Below, piece by piece: positions 43,206 to 53,245 of a stretch of 64,000 nt of DNA. Origin of the DNA: a virus. The notes beneath the pieces are model-generated. The model saw only the letters and a program-made list of their open reading frames with translations. It did no database searches and was not told the DNA's origin. The stretch's first letter is position 1. Each line of letters begins with the position of its first letter. The stretch spans positions 36,219-100,218 of IMG/VR virus record IMGVR_UViG_3300037478_000449; one strand, given 5' to 3'. The position numbers and the translations under genes were made by a program.

Positions 43206-43348
43206 TACCGGACCCCTGTCTGTCGAGTTGCCCAATGATCGCAGACTCCCGAACCTCATGCGAGTACCAGACCCCCCTTGAGCTGCCACAGTCTCACACA
43301 CCTAGACGGAGCTACCGAAACCTCCCGCATCTATGTAAGACTCTCGGA

Positions 43349-44308
43349 GTGGAGATCGAGGCATCGCAGACCCCCGACCATCGGACCCCACCCGGACCCC
43401 GCAGCTGGGGCTACCGGCTGTCAGAAATCATCGGCATGGTCCCGCTGGTGGCACCGCTGGTGGCCGCTGGCTGGTACCAGGCAGACCTGGCACACGAAGT
43501 GTTCGGCTGGACCTACCCGTGGGCGCTGGTCTGGCCGGCCGCGATAGAGGGCGGAGCGGCGTACGCGGCCAGCCTGTACCTGCGCAAGCTAGTCGCCGGG
43601 CATTCCACCATCGGCGCGCGGGTGGGGATGGTGGTCTACGCCTCTGGGTCGTCGACGCTGTTGTGGTGGCATGCAATCAGCAGCGGCAAGCCGTGGCAGG
43701 CCGCTGCGGGTATCGCCGGCATGACCCTGGCCGCGGTGTGGATCTGGGGACAGCGTTCCCGCTGGTTACGGCGGGCAGACCTACAGCGGCGGGGTCTGGT
43801 CGACGCCCAGGCACCCCGGTTCAACGTGCTGCGCTGGCTGGCCTGCCCCATCGAGACCCCCCGGGCATTCCGCCACGCGGTCAAGTTGGGCATCTCAGAC
43901 CCGCTGACCGCGTTGGACTCCTACCGCGCCGAGCGGACCCACCGGCGGACCGCCCGGGCACTCGCCAAGGCCCGGGCGGCAGCCCGTGAGCGGACCCGGC
44001 CGGACCCACCGAAGCCGGCCCGGACGCCGGATGTCCAGACCACCCCGGCAGACCCACCGAAGGCTAAACCGAGGCGGACCCGCCGGACATCACCGCCGAG
44101 CAACGTCCGGACCATACGGTCCGCCACTGATGACGCGGACGCGCTCGCCGCGCTCCGCACTTGGCAGAGGTCCAACGGCCGGACCCCCAGCATCAACGAT
44201 GTCCAGCGGACTGTCGGTGGCGGTCGCTCGCGGGCGATCCGGCTGAGGGGTCTGCTCGGCGACCGACCGGACGACAGCAGCGACCTGGAGAGCGAGGCGG
44301 CGGCGTGA
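43349..44308 (+). CDS. DUF2637/Spd-like membrane protein with C-terminal HTH
   Basis: Four TMs, PAAIEG, APRFNVLRWL, C-terminal PSINDVQRTVGGGRSRAIRL. Confidence 0.65.
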   Translation: MEIEASQTPDHRTPPGPRSWGYRLSEIIGMVPLVAPLVAAGWYQADLAHEVFGWTYPWALVWPAAIEGGAAYAASLYLRKLVAGHSTIGARVGMVVYASGSSTLLWWHAISSGKPWQAAAGIAGMTLAAVWIWGQRSRWLRRADLQRRGLVDAQAPRFNVLRWLACPIETPRAFRHAVKLGISDPLTALDSYRAERTHRRTARALAKARAAARERTRPDPPKPARTPDVQTTPADPPKAKPRRTRRTSPPSNVRTIRSATDDADALAALRTWQRSNGRTPSINDVQRTVGGGRSRAIRLRGLLGDRPDDSSDLESEAAA

Positions 44309-45846
44309 ACACGGCGGCGGGGGCACGTCGGGCCGCCCGGACGGTCCGCGCCGGGCTGCTGGGCGCTGGGCGGTGGCTGGGGCTGGCCGCCGGCGGCCGG
44401 TCAAAGCCCGCAGCGGCGCGGAAGTGGCGGCGGCGGCTGAGCTGGGAGTCCGTACCCGCGCCGGTGCGACGCGTCGGACGGTGGGCGCTGGTGCGGGGGC
44501 TCGCGTCTGCGGCGTTCCGACCGGGCCGGTGGGGCGCTGGCCTGCTGGCGGTGGGGCTGGCGATCCCGGGACCCTGGTGGCTGGGATCGATCTGTGTCGC
44601 TCCCCTTGGCTTATATCGGCTTCGGTCAATGCGCTACCGGGGCGCATTGCCGATCCTATCTGATGTGTCAAGCCGGGTCCAAACACTCCGGCTGGCACGT
44701 CGTCTCCGGATCGGCTGGCAGGCCGAGATGCACCGCCGCGGGCTGGCTCGGCAACGCGACCGTCGGGGTGGGCCGGTGAGCCTGGTGCCGGAGCTTGAGC
44801 GGGTGCGGCTTGGCCAGTGGGGCGTCACCGGCGAGGTGGACCTGCACCGGCTGGGGATGATCGCCGAGGACCTTGGGGACCACCGGAAGTGGCTGGAGTC
44901 CACCTTCCTGGCCGCCTGCACGATCGAGCCGCGCGGCTACGGCCGGGCCGTCGTGGAGTTCCGGCACACCGATCCCCTGTCCCGGCCGGTTACGGCAGAC
45001 TCCCTGCCAGCCGCCCGCCGGCGGCTACACGTGGTGACACGGGTGGACGAGCGCGGGCAGCCGGTGGAGCACGATGTGATCCTTCCCCGGCTGGTGATCG
45101 GCGGGCAGGGCAGCGGCAAGTCGACTCAGCTCTACGCCCACCTGTGGGCACTCCAGCAGGCCGGTATCCCGTTCCGGTTGCGGGTCTTCGACGCGAAGGG
45201 CGGGATGGAGCTGCCGGAACTCCGGGAGGTGGCGCATGCCTACGAGTCCCGCGCCACCGGCTGGGCCACGTTCATCGGTGCGAGCCTGGCCGCGCTGGAG
45301 TCTCGGCAGGGGAGCCTGGCGGCGCGGGGGTGGAAGAAGCTGGTCCGGTTCACGGAGGCGGAGCCGCTGGACATCCTGGTGGTAGACGAGCTGCTGACGG
45401 TCGTGTCCCAGCGCAACGCAACCAGTGGCTCGGGGCGGCATGCCGGGACGAAGGCTGGCGACGCCTGGGCACAGTACCTCTCGCAGGGCCGGGCAGCCGG
45501 ATACACGGCGTTCGCTCTGACTCAGCTCGGCCAGAAAGAACTTCTGGGTCAGGCGCGCGGCCTGTTCCCGCACCTGACCGTGCTGCGGGTCCCGCCCACC
45601 GAAAAGGCGATCGTGGACCAACTGCTTGGCTCGGCCGACCTGTATCCCGCGCACCTGATCCCGATCGGCGACTGGTCGGCTGGCATCGGCTACGACCGGA
45701 CCCCGGAGGGGCGGGTTGTCCGAACGCGCGGGGCGGTGCTGACGGATGAGCAGTGGCAGCAGGCGGTCGCGCAGATGGCCACAGACAAGGCGCGACGGGC
45801 GTCAGCGAAGCAGCAGCAGCGGGAGAACGCGGGGGCGGCAGCATGA
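44305..45846 (+). CDS. FtsK/SpoIIIE (TraB-like) ATPase
   Basis: N-terminal hydrophobic segment, Walker A GGQGSGKS, DAKGGMEL, Walker B LVVDE, QGRAAG, LTQ. Confidence 0.8.
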   Translation: MNTAAGARRAARTVRAGLLGAGRWLGLAAGGRSKPAAARKWRRRLSWESVPAPVRRVGRWALVRGLASAAFRPGRWGAGLLAVGLAIPGPWWLGSICVAPLGLYRLRSMRYRGALPILSDVSSRVQTLRLARRLRIGWQAEMHRRGLARQRDRRGGPVSLVPELERVRLGQWGVTGEVDLHRLGMIAEDLGDHRKWLESTFLAACTIEPRGYGRAVVEFRHTDPLSRPVTADSLPAARRRLHVVTRVDERGQPVEHDVILPRLVIGGQGSGKSTQLYAHLWALQQAGIPFRLRVFDAKGGMELPELREVAHAYESRATGWATFIGASLAALESRQGSLAARGWKKLVRFTEAEPLDILVVDELLTVVSQRNATSGSGRHAGTKAGDAWAQYLSQGRAAGYTAFALTQLGQKELLGQARGLFPHLTVLRVPPTEKAIVDQLLGSADLYPAHLIPIGDWSAGIGYDRTPEGRVVRTRGAVLTDEQWQQAVAQMATDKARRASAKQQQRENAGAAA

Positions 45847-46595
45847 TGCTTGATCCAGTAGGCGATACGGACCTGGCCCCGCTGGGTGTGCTCGATCAGG
45901 CCGAGGCGAAGGAACTAGCGCTCGACGGGACCGGGAGGGTCGAGTTGGCGGGCGAGCGGATGGTGGGTACGAGCGCTGAACGTGCCACCGCGTGGGTGGC
46001 GTTCACCCGCCACCGGATCACCTGCCCGGGTGGCGTCGATGCGGCGCTGTGCGGGTGCGAGTCCGAACCGGACCAGCTCCACGCCTACCTCGCCGAGCCC
46101 GGAACCGATGGCGCCCTGCCGGTGCGGCCAGACGAGCCGCCCGGGCCGCGGCGGTGCAGGGACTGTCCGCCGAACGGTCGGCGGCCGGCGCCGTATCCGG
46201 GACCGCGATGCGACACGCACCACCGTGCGTACCAGGCGGCGGCGAAGCGGAACAACTACGGCAGCCACATCCGGGCGCTGTTCAGCGTCACGATCGACGA
46301 GTATGACGAGATCAAGGCAGCGCAAGGTGGCGTGTGCGCGATCTGCGGCATCTCCACCGGCGCACGGAAGCGGCTGCACATCGATCATGACCATGAGACT
46401 CGGCTGATCCGCGGCCTGCTCTGCTTCCACTGCAACAAGTACCTCGGGTGGGTGCGCGACAACCCGGAGGTGTTCCGGCGCGGCATGGAGTACCTGACCA
46501 ACCCGCCCGCCCAGCAGGTGCTCGGCGAGCGGCGAACGGACGACATCTACCGGCAGCCGCACGGCGACAACGACGGGACGGCGGGGGTGAGCTGA
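45843..46595 (+). CDS. Endonuclease VII (Holliday junction resolvase-like)
   Basis: QGGVCAICG...LHIDHDHET..IRGLLCFHCNKYLG. Confidence 0.88.
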   Translation: MMLDPVGDTDLAPLGVLDQAEAKELALDGTGRVELAGERMVGTSAERATAWVAFTRHRITCPGGVDAALCGCESEPDQLHAYLAEPGTDGALPVRPDEPPGPRRCRDCPPNGRRPAPYPGPRCDTHHRAYQAAAKRNNYGSHIRALFSVTIDEYDEIKAAQGGVCAICGISTGARKRLHIDHDHETRLIRGLLCFHCNKYLGWVRDNPEVFRRGMEYLTNPPAQQVLGERRTDDIYRQPHGDNDGTAGVS

Positions 46596-47095
46596 TGCTG
46601 CGGCAGACGGTGCGGACCCGGCCGCCGTACCAGGCGGTGGAGCTGGTCGGGTCAGCGGCCGAGGTGGACCGGTGGCTGACCGCGAAGCGGCAGGGTCGGC
46701 TGCTGGTCGGCGCTGACCGGCCGGTGCCCGCCGGTGGGGGATGCTGGCGGCTGCGGGCGGTGTTGTGGCACCAGCCTGAGCCGGTGCGGATCGTGCCGCA
46801 GTTGCCGCCGCCGGGGCGGTGGCGTGCGGCGTGGCCCCGGTGGGATGCCCGCGACACGGGCCGGGTCGTGTGGTGGGCGGTCGGGCTGGGCGTGGTCGCC
46901 GGGTTGGGGTGGGGGCTGTGGCAGGCCGTTGAGGCTGCCGGGAGGTGGGCGTCCGACCACGGCGGGCAGATCGTTGCGGTGCTGCTGCTGGCCGGGGTGG
47001 TCGGGGTCGGCTGGGCGGGCCGGAAACTCCGCGGCGGCGGCCGGCCGGTGTGCACCACCACCACCGTCCACGGCCGCCGCTGCCGCGGAGACTGA
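46595..47095 (+). CDS. Membrane protein
   Basis: Two TMs; C-terminal CTTTTVHGRRC. Confidence 0.5.
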   Translation: MLRQTVRTRPPYQAVELVGSAAEVDRWLTAKRQGRLLVGADRPVPAGGGCWRLRAVLWHQPEPVRIVPQLPPPGRWRAAWPRWDARDTGRVVWWAVGLGVVAGLGWGLWQAVEAAGRWASDHGGQIVAVLLLAGVVGVGWAGRKLRGGGRPVCTTTTVHGRRCRGD

Positions 47096-47281
47096 CACGG
47101 GGGTGGGGTATGCGTGCGGCGCCGATCTGCGGGGCTCTAGCGGCTGTAGGGCTGGTGGTGGTGCTGACCGGTGGGATGGACGCGGGTGACCGGCTCGCCG
47201 CCGTCGCCGCCGTCGGCGCGGTGGCGCTGGCGGTCTCGATCCAGCTTTCCGGCCGGTCATCCGGCCGGTCCTCCGGCCCGC

Positions 47282-47551
47282 TCACCGCTGCGCCTCCTCC
47301 TCCGGCTCGGGCTGCCGGAGTCGATCCCGGTCCGCGACCGTCGCCCCCGACCACGCGCGGCGCCGTCCCCACCACCACACCAGCAGCGGCCCCACCGTCG
47401 CGGCCAGCGCGATGATGCCCGGCCGGGCATCATCTGGCACCGGCAGGCCGTAGCCGACCGCCACCCCGACCGCCGCGGTGGCCAGCGAGGTCCACGTCGC
47501 CGGCAGCGCCAGCGGCTCCCGGGACGTCGGGTCTGGAACGTGCTCGCTCAT
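47282..47551 (-). CDS. Putative holin
   Basis: Two TMs, REP motif, downstream of endolysin. Confidence 0.65.
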   Translation of the reverse strand: MSEHVPDPTSREPLALPATWTSLATAAVGVAVGYGLPVPDDARPGIIALAATVGPLLVWWWGRRRAWSGATVADRDRLRQPEPEEEAQR

Positions 47552-47557
47552 GATCCC

Positions 47558-47920
47558 TTATCCTCTCTGTGCCAGCCACACGCCGACGATCGCCGCCACC
47601 GCCGCCAGGCCGCCGATGACGGCAAGCAGCCGCGCCACTGGCGACCATGACCGGTCATCCCGGTCGCGGCGCTCCTCATCCGCGGCTTTGAGCGCGGCGG
47701 CGGTCGTCACCGCGGTGGCGTCCCGCGACACGGCCTGATCACCCAGCCGCTGTACAGCTAGGGTCAGGGCGTGCATCTCGGCGACGAACCTCGCCTGCTG
47801 GGCGACGAATTTCTCCAGCGAACCATTGATCGCCGCGAAGTGGCGGTCGTGTCCGGCTAGCCGCTCCTCGATCCCCCCGGCGGCGTGGCCCCGCTGGTAG
47901 TCGTCGTCAGCCGTGTTCAT
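47558..47920 (-). CDS. Lysis-cassette membrane protein
   Basis: Coiled coil plus C-terminal TM. Confidence 0.6.
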   Translation of the reverse strand: MNTADDDYQRGHAAGGIEERLAGHDRHFAAINGSLEKFVAQQARFVAEMHALTLAVQRLGDQAVSRDATAVTTAAALKAADEERRDRDDRSWSPVARLLAVIGGLAAVAAIVGVWLAQRG

Positions 47921-47934
47921 GCCTGCCCCCGTGC

Positions 47935-48831
47935 TCAGGCCGGCGGCGGGGCCAGCCGCCGGGCGAGCTCGTCCACCACCGCGTCGGCGCCCAGCTCCGC
48001 CCGCTGGTCCAGAACCTCAACCAGATCCGCGCGGAGCTGCGCCAGCAGCTCGGCCCGGTGCCGGTCCAGCTCGGCCGTCACCGCGGCCAGCACGTCCTGC
48101 CCGGCGACCGCGGCGAGGATGGCAGCCTGCCCGGCCGCCAGCTCGGCCGTCCGGTCGGCGGCCCGGCGCACCCACCGGTAGGTGTACTGCAGCCAGGTCT
48201 GGGCGAGGTATCCATCGTCGCGGATGCCCGGGTACGCCCGCAGCACCGTCGCGTCCGGCGCCAGCCGCTCCACCCACACGTCACGTGGCTCCATGTCGTC
48301 GTCTCCCTCGATCAGCTCGGCGACCCGGTTCCGGAAGGCGTCCATCCGGAATGTCGGGTCGCTCTTGTCTCCGGGCTGGTGCTCCTTGTGCCCGACCAGC
48401 CGGCCGGCGCTCCAGCCGAGCCGGGTGCAGATCGCCGCCCAGCCGGCGGCGTACGCGTCGTACTGCACAGCCGGCCACGGCTCGGTCCGGTTATCGTTGT
48501 TGGCTTCCACCCCGAGCAGGTTGGTGTTGCCGAGCCCGGCGGCGGGGCCGGCCCAGCCGGTCAGGGCGGTGTTGCACCGGCCCGACGCGAGCACATGCCA
48601 CCGGCCCGTCCGGTCGACGCAGCAGTTGGCGATCGGCCCGGCCAGCGTTGAGTGGCCGTCGCGGACGATCCGCACCTGGTCCTCATCAGCCTGGCTGGCC
48701 GGTGCGGCGGTGGCGTGGACGATCCCGTACTGGGGTGCCCACGGCTCCCATCCGCGGGTCTGCCACCCGATGTGAGGCAACACGTCCAACCCGGCGTCGC
48801 GGAGCACGTCGACCAGCCACAGAGCACGCAT
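47935..48831 (-). CDS. Endolysin, N-acetylmuramoyl-L-alanine amidase
   Basis: WLVDVLRDAGL..GWQTRG, IVHATA, LGVEANN, GHKEHQPGDKSDP. Confidence 0.9.
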   Translation of the reverse strand: MRALWLVDVLRDAGLDVLPHIGWQTRGWEPWAPQYGIVHATAAPASQADEDQVRIVRDGHSTLAGPIANCCVDRTGRWHVLASGRCNTALTGWAGPAAGLGNTNLLGVEANNDNRTEPWPAVQYDAYAAGWAAICTRLGWSAGRLVGHKEHQPGDKSDPTFRMDAFRNRVAELIEGDDDMEPRDVWVERLAPDATVLRAYPGIRDDGYLAQTWLQYTYRWVRRAADRTAELAAGQAAILAAVAGQDVLAAVTAELDRHRAELLAQLRADLVEVLDQRAELGADAVVDELARRLAPPPA

Positions 48832-48895
48832 CGCTCACCCCTCGCCGTGTCGGTTCATGGATGCTGCGGGATGGGCGTTGCGGGATAGGCCACCA

Positions 48896-49672
48896 TCAGA
48901 TCCCGATCACGACCAGGGACCGCTGGCTGAAACTGACCGTGGTGGTCGGACCCGACAGCGTCCGGTACACCGCCTTGAAGGTGTGCAGCCCGGGCGCGCA
49001 CGGCAGCACCAGCGTGCTGCCGGCCAGGGCACCGTCCGTGCGGTTGATGCCGTCGGCATTGTGGTTGGTCTGCCGAAGGTGGAAGCTCTTGGTGATGTCG
49101 GCGGCGATCGTGGTCGCCCCGGACACCTCCACGCCCATGTACCCGCCGACCGAGTTGGGGCCGGTGTCCAGGGTGCCGGCCATGCTGCATGACGGCCACA
49201 CGATCGCCACCCCGAAGGTGATGTTGACGTCGGTGATCTCCGGCCCAGCCGGGTCCAGGTCGACGAACGTGGCCTGATCGGACAGGGTGTCGGAGTCTTC
49301 CACGAACCCCTCGTGTACCCGTTCGGCAAACACCGCCGCCGAGACCCCCTTGGCCAACGAGGTGGTCAGAAACGCGATCGCCTCCTCAGCCCGCCCGGCG
49401 GCAGGGTCAACCGGCGCCCCGGCGATCCAGTAGCTTGCCAAGCCCCGGCCGGTAGGAGACCAGCGCATCAACAGCACCACGTCACCCGGCTGGTAGGTCG
49501 TGGCGCCGATCCGGTCGAGCACCGGAAGGTCATGCAGCAGCGCACCCCGGTACTCGACCGTGTTCTCGAACGTGTCCGGGTCCCAGGCCCGGATGATGCC
49601 CTGGCCGTAGCCGGTGTGTTCCCGCTCCGGCGGGGTTAGGTGCGGAACCGGGTCGTCGGACGGGTAGGTCAT
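48896..49672 (-). CDS. Minor tail protein
   Basis: Position after hub gene; start MTYPSDD. Confidence 0.65.
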   Translation of the reverse strand: MTYPSDDPVPHLTPPEREHTGYGQGIIRAWDPDTFENTVEYRGALLHDLPVLDRIGATTYQPGDVVLLMRWSPTGRGLASYWIAGAPVDPAAGRAEEAIAFLTTSLAKGVSAAVFAERVHEGFVEDSDTLSDQATFVDLDPAGPEITDVNITFGVAIVWPSCSMAGTLDTGPNSVGGYMGVEVSGATTIAADITKSFHLRQTNHNADGINRTDGALAGSTLVLPCAPGLHTFKAVYRTLSGPTTTVSFSQRSLVVIGI

Positions 49673-52551
49673 GCGACACCTCCCGGGATAGCGCCGATGA
49701 CAACCTGGGTGGTTTCCCGGGTGGCGCCGGCCATCACCCCGGTCACGGTCAGCGGGATGGTCAGCCGCTGCACCACGTGGATCTCCCTGCTCCCGTCGCG
49801 GTAGGTTGCCCGCAGCGGGTGCCACGGCCGCAGCGCCGGGTTCACGGCCGAGCCGAAGTCGACGCTGTACGGGGCGCCGAGGTTGCGGCGTAGCATCTCC
49901 CTGGCCGCGGTCGCCGCCAACCCGACGTCGGTGATGAACGGGGAGCTGAAAAACCGGGGGACGAAGCCGAACCCGCCGTCGGCGATCGACGCCCACCGGG
50001 TCGGCGAGGTCGGACCCAGGTCGGCGACCGCGGCCAGCACCGGGTCCCGGCCGGTCGACCCGGCCTCGCCGGTGACGATCAGCGCGTTGGTGATCCCGTC
50101 GCGGGTCACGCGGCGGGCGGCGGTGAGCAGCACCCCACCGCGGCCGGCGCGCAGCTCCCACAGCGGCACCGTCGAGTCGGGTGCGGACTCGACCCGCAGC
50201 GCACCCTCCCCATCCCAAAACAGGATCTTGCCGAGCGAGTTGGCCAGCTCCCGCAACGGCTCGTAGCGGGACTCCTCCACCACCAACGTCCGGCCGATCG
50301 TCTCAGCTCCGGAGTCGTCGTCGAACACGATCGCCACGGTCGGATACACCTCGCCGACCAGCTCGGTGAACACCGACTCGACGGTGCGGCTAGCGCGTAG
50401 CTCCCGCGGCGCCAGCGGCCGGGCCTCGATCAACCCGGCCATCCGGTCCTGCCCGGACAGCCGGATCGGGCCGAACGGAGCGTCGTCCTGCTCCACCGTC
50501 CGCAGGCCGAAAAAGCCCAGCGGCGACCAGATGATCTGATCACCAAGGTCCACACCGCGGCGGAGAAACACCTCAACTCCGTACGGCGCAAGCGGGTCGG
50601 TCGGCCGGCGCGGGTATGTGGACCGGTCGTTGTCCTCATCCTGCCCGGGCACCAGCAGCTGGCACTCGGCCAGCACGTCGGCGGCGGCGTCGTACTGCAC
50701 GTCACCGTCGATGATCGGCAACGCCAGTCCGGTCGGGTTGAACCCGGACTGGAAACCGGTCACCAGCAACGCTTCGATCAGCGGCTCGTGGGAGCCGGAC
50801 ACCACCGCGGCGAACTCGGCGACGCTGGCCACGACCGCCGGCACCGGCAGGGACGTGAGCCGGATCCCGGCCAGCACCACATGATCCGAGGCCGCATCGA
50901 ACAGGTACGGGATGATCGGCTGAGCGGACTGCGCCATGCTGACCGCGTTCGGCGAGATGACGGCGATGCCGAACACTTCCAGGTGGAACGCCGGCAGCAC
51001 CCCGGGAAGCGTGTAGCCGAGCGGCGCCGGGTCAAGGGTGACGCCGTTGTTCAGGTCGAACGCGTCACCGGCAGCACCGGCGGCGGTGACCCGGGCGGCG
51101 GCGTCGGCCGCCTCCGTCTCCGCGTCGGTGATGTTGGCGACCAGCCACGCCAACGCTTCATCGGCGCACGCCCGGTGCTGGGCCACCCGGTCGGCCTCAT
51201 CCTGGCTGACACTCGTCTCGACCAGCACCGCCGCGGCGTGCCTCATCCCGGCGTTGCTGACCAGCCGGTTCGGCTCGCCGGTGATGTCGCCGAAATCGTC
51301 CTCCGTCCACCCGTCGGTGACCATCCGAGCTTTCATGATCACGATCAGGGCGTCGGACTCGTCCACAATGCCCGAATCACACTGCGGGTTGCTGGGTGGC
51401 GCGAATGTGACGTTGGCGCTCAACTGGGGGTCGGCCTCGTGGTGGTCGATGAGCACCAGCGGCCGAGCCGCCCCGATGGCCTGGGTGATCGCCCGCACCT
51501 CCGGCGTCGCCAGCGCCAACCAGTCCCGGTTCAGGTCGACCCCGTTCGCGTTCTCCCGCGTGCTGGCGGCCACCCCATCCGGGTTGGCGGTGACCACGAT
51601 CATCACACCGTGAGCGGCCAGGAACGACACCAGCGCGGGGTCGCCCAGGTCCACCACAGCGGCGGTGCCGTGCACCGTCCACGTCCGCCCCGCCGAGTCG
51701 GCAAAGCTCGTGTCGGATTCGTCCACCGTGGAAAAGTCGGGGTCGGCGACCAGCGTCCCGTCGATGCCGGACCGGACCTGCGCGGCGTGGATGTACCCGG
51801 GCATCGTGCCCGCGCTGCCGGCGGTGTGGGACCCGATCTCCAGCACCCCGGTGCCGGAGAAGATGCTGGTGGTGGTGCCGGAGCCGGGAACCGCGTCGCC
51901 GAGCTGCACCCACGGCCCGGCCATGCTCGGCGCGGTGTAGAACCTCGTGATGTTGTTGCCGCCGTCATCCACGTCCAGCGTGGCGGTGACCGCGAGCCGG
52001 CCACCCGGACCGGGCACCAACGGCTCCGTCGCGCTGCGGGTGATCAGGTTGACCCCGTTCGCCGACCAGACCAGCTGGAGCGTCCCGTCTGTGGCCAGCC
52101 GCAGCGCGTAGCTGCGCTGGTCAGCCGTGGTGGTGTACTTGGCGATCAGGTAGTTGATCGACGGGTGCGGGACGCCGGTGACCCACGCGTCGAGGGTCGC
52201 GTCGACCCGCAGGTCGAGGTCGCCGGTGATGTCCAGGGCACCGGTGTCCGGTGTGGACGCGTACGCGCCGGCCGCATCCGGCAGCCGAAGCCGGGTGTCC
52301 AGCGCCTGCACCGTCGCCAGGTGCTCGGCCAGGTCCAGCAGCGCATCCCGACCGGCCTGCTCATCCCCGTGCAGCGCACCAACGAGGAACAGTGCGGCCT
52401 GGTCATCCGCCGCCGGGGGTGGGATGCCGATGCGCAGCAGCCGCAGCGGCCGGCCCTGCACCGTCTGGCCGAGCACGTCCACGTCGACCCGGGCCGTCTG
52501 GGACAGTGCGGCGACCAGCGCCGCCTCCTGGTCCAGGCTGGAGAACGCCAC
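49669..52551 (-). CDS. Tail hub protein: M14 zinc carboxypeptidase (with lectin-like insertion) + DUF5047-like domain
   Basis: LHGDE, NPDG, RENANGVDLNRDW, IDHHE, VLVET; C-terminal DPLAPYGVE, GQDRMA, VNPALRP. Confidence 0.8.
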   Translation of the reverse strand: MAFSSLDQEAALVAALSQTARVDVDVLGQTVQGRPLRLLRIGIPPPAADDQAALFLVGALHGDEQAGRDALLDLAEHLATVQALDTRLRLPDAAGAYASTPDTGALDITGDLDLRVDATLDAWVTGVPHPSINYLIAKYTTTADQRSYALRLATDGTLQLVWSANGVNLITRSATEPLVPGPGGRLAVTATLDVDDGGNNITRFYTAPSMAGPWVQLGDAVPGSGTTTSIFSGTGVLEIGSHTAGSAGTMPGYIHAAQVRSGIDGTLVADPDFSTVDESDTSFADSAGRTWTVHGTAAVVDLGDPALVSFLAAHGVMIVVTANPDGVAASTRENANGVDLNRDWLALATPEVRAITQAIGAARPLVLIDHHEADPQLSANVTFAPPSNPQCDSGIVDESDALIVIMKARMVTDGWTEDDFGDITGEPNRLVSNAGMRHAAAVLVETSVSQDEADRVAQHRACADEALAWLVANITDAETEAADAAARVTAAGAAGDAFDLNNGVTLDPAPLGYTLPGVLPAFHLEVFGIAVISPNAVSMAQSAQPIIPYLFDAASDHVVLAGIRLTSLPVPAVVASVAEFAAVVSGSHEPLIEALLVTGFQSGFNPTGLALPIIDGDVQYDAAADVLAECQLLVPGQDEDNDRSTYPRRPTDPLAPYGVEVFLRRGVDLGDQIIWSPLGFFGLRTVEQDDAPFGPIRLSGQDRMAGLIEARPLAPRELRASRTVESVFTELVGEVYPTVAIVFDDDSGAETIGRTLVVEESRYEPLRELANSLGKILFWDGEGALRVESAPDSTVPLWELRAGRGGVLLTAARRVTRDGITNALIVTGEAGSTGRDPVLAAVADLGPTSPTRWASIADGGFGFVPRFFSSPFITDVGLAATAAREMLRRNLGAPYSVDFGSAVNPALRPWHPLRATYRDGSREIHVVQRLTIPLTVTGVMAGATRETTQVVIGAIPGGVA

Positions 52552-52552
52552 C

Positions 52553-53224
52553 CTATGCCGCCCGGTAGCCTTGCGCCCACCAGCGGCAGGCCGTCACCGC
52601 GCCCGCCACCGGGAACACGGTCAGGCTCGACAGCAGCCGCGCCGACGTGAGGAAGCCGTGCGCCTCGGTGCGGCGGCGGAGCGTCGTCCCGGCAGAGGCC
52701 CGGAACCCGTTAGCCTCATACGACAGGATCGAAGACACGTCCGTCGAGTAGATCGTGATCACGCCGATGTTCGACACGCCGGTGGACCACTGGGCGATCC
52801 GCCAGGTGGTGCCGTCCGCCGAATGGGCCTCGACCACCGAACCGTCCACACTGGAGAACAGCAGCGACATCCGACGGTGCAAATCCGTGGTGCTGTCGCC
52901 ATTGACCCGCACCTGCAAGTACGACTCCTCGCTGAGACTGCCCCGGAAATAGACCCGGATCAGGTCGAACGTGCCCGCCGGAAACTCGCCGGACGCGGTC
53001 AGGTCAATCGTAAAGTTGCCGGTTTCGGTGCCTGCGATGATGGGCCGCCAGCCGACCGCCACCGCATCCTGCACCGCGGCCACGTCGGCGTCGATGCGGA
53101 TGAGCTCGGTCTCGACCTCCTCGGCCAGGATCGGCTCGGTGCCGGAACTGCCACCGGTCAGCGAATGCAGCGGCTGGTCGTCTTCGTGCTCGAACGGAAG
53201 GTCGTAGACTGTGGTCGATGGCAC
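52553..53224 (-). CDS. Minor tail protein
   Basis: Position; beta-rich, VYDLPF N-terminus. Confidence 0.6.
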   Translation of the reverse strand: MPSTTVYDLPFEHEDDQPLHSLTGGSSGTEPILAEEVETELIRIDADVAAVQDAVAVGWRPIIAGTETGNFTIDLTASGEFPAGTFDLIRVYFRGSLSEESYLQVRVNGDSTTDLHRRMSLLFSSVDGSVVEAHSADGTTWRIAQWSTGVSNIGVITIYSTDVSSILSYEANGFRASAGTTLRRRTEAHGFLTSARLLSSLTVFPVAGAVTACRWWAQGYRAA

Positions 53225-53245
53225 CGGCTTGTCACCTCCGCTCGG

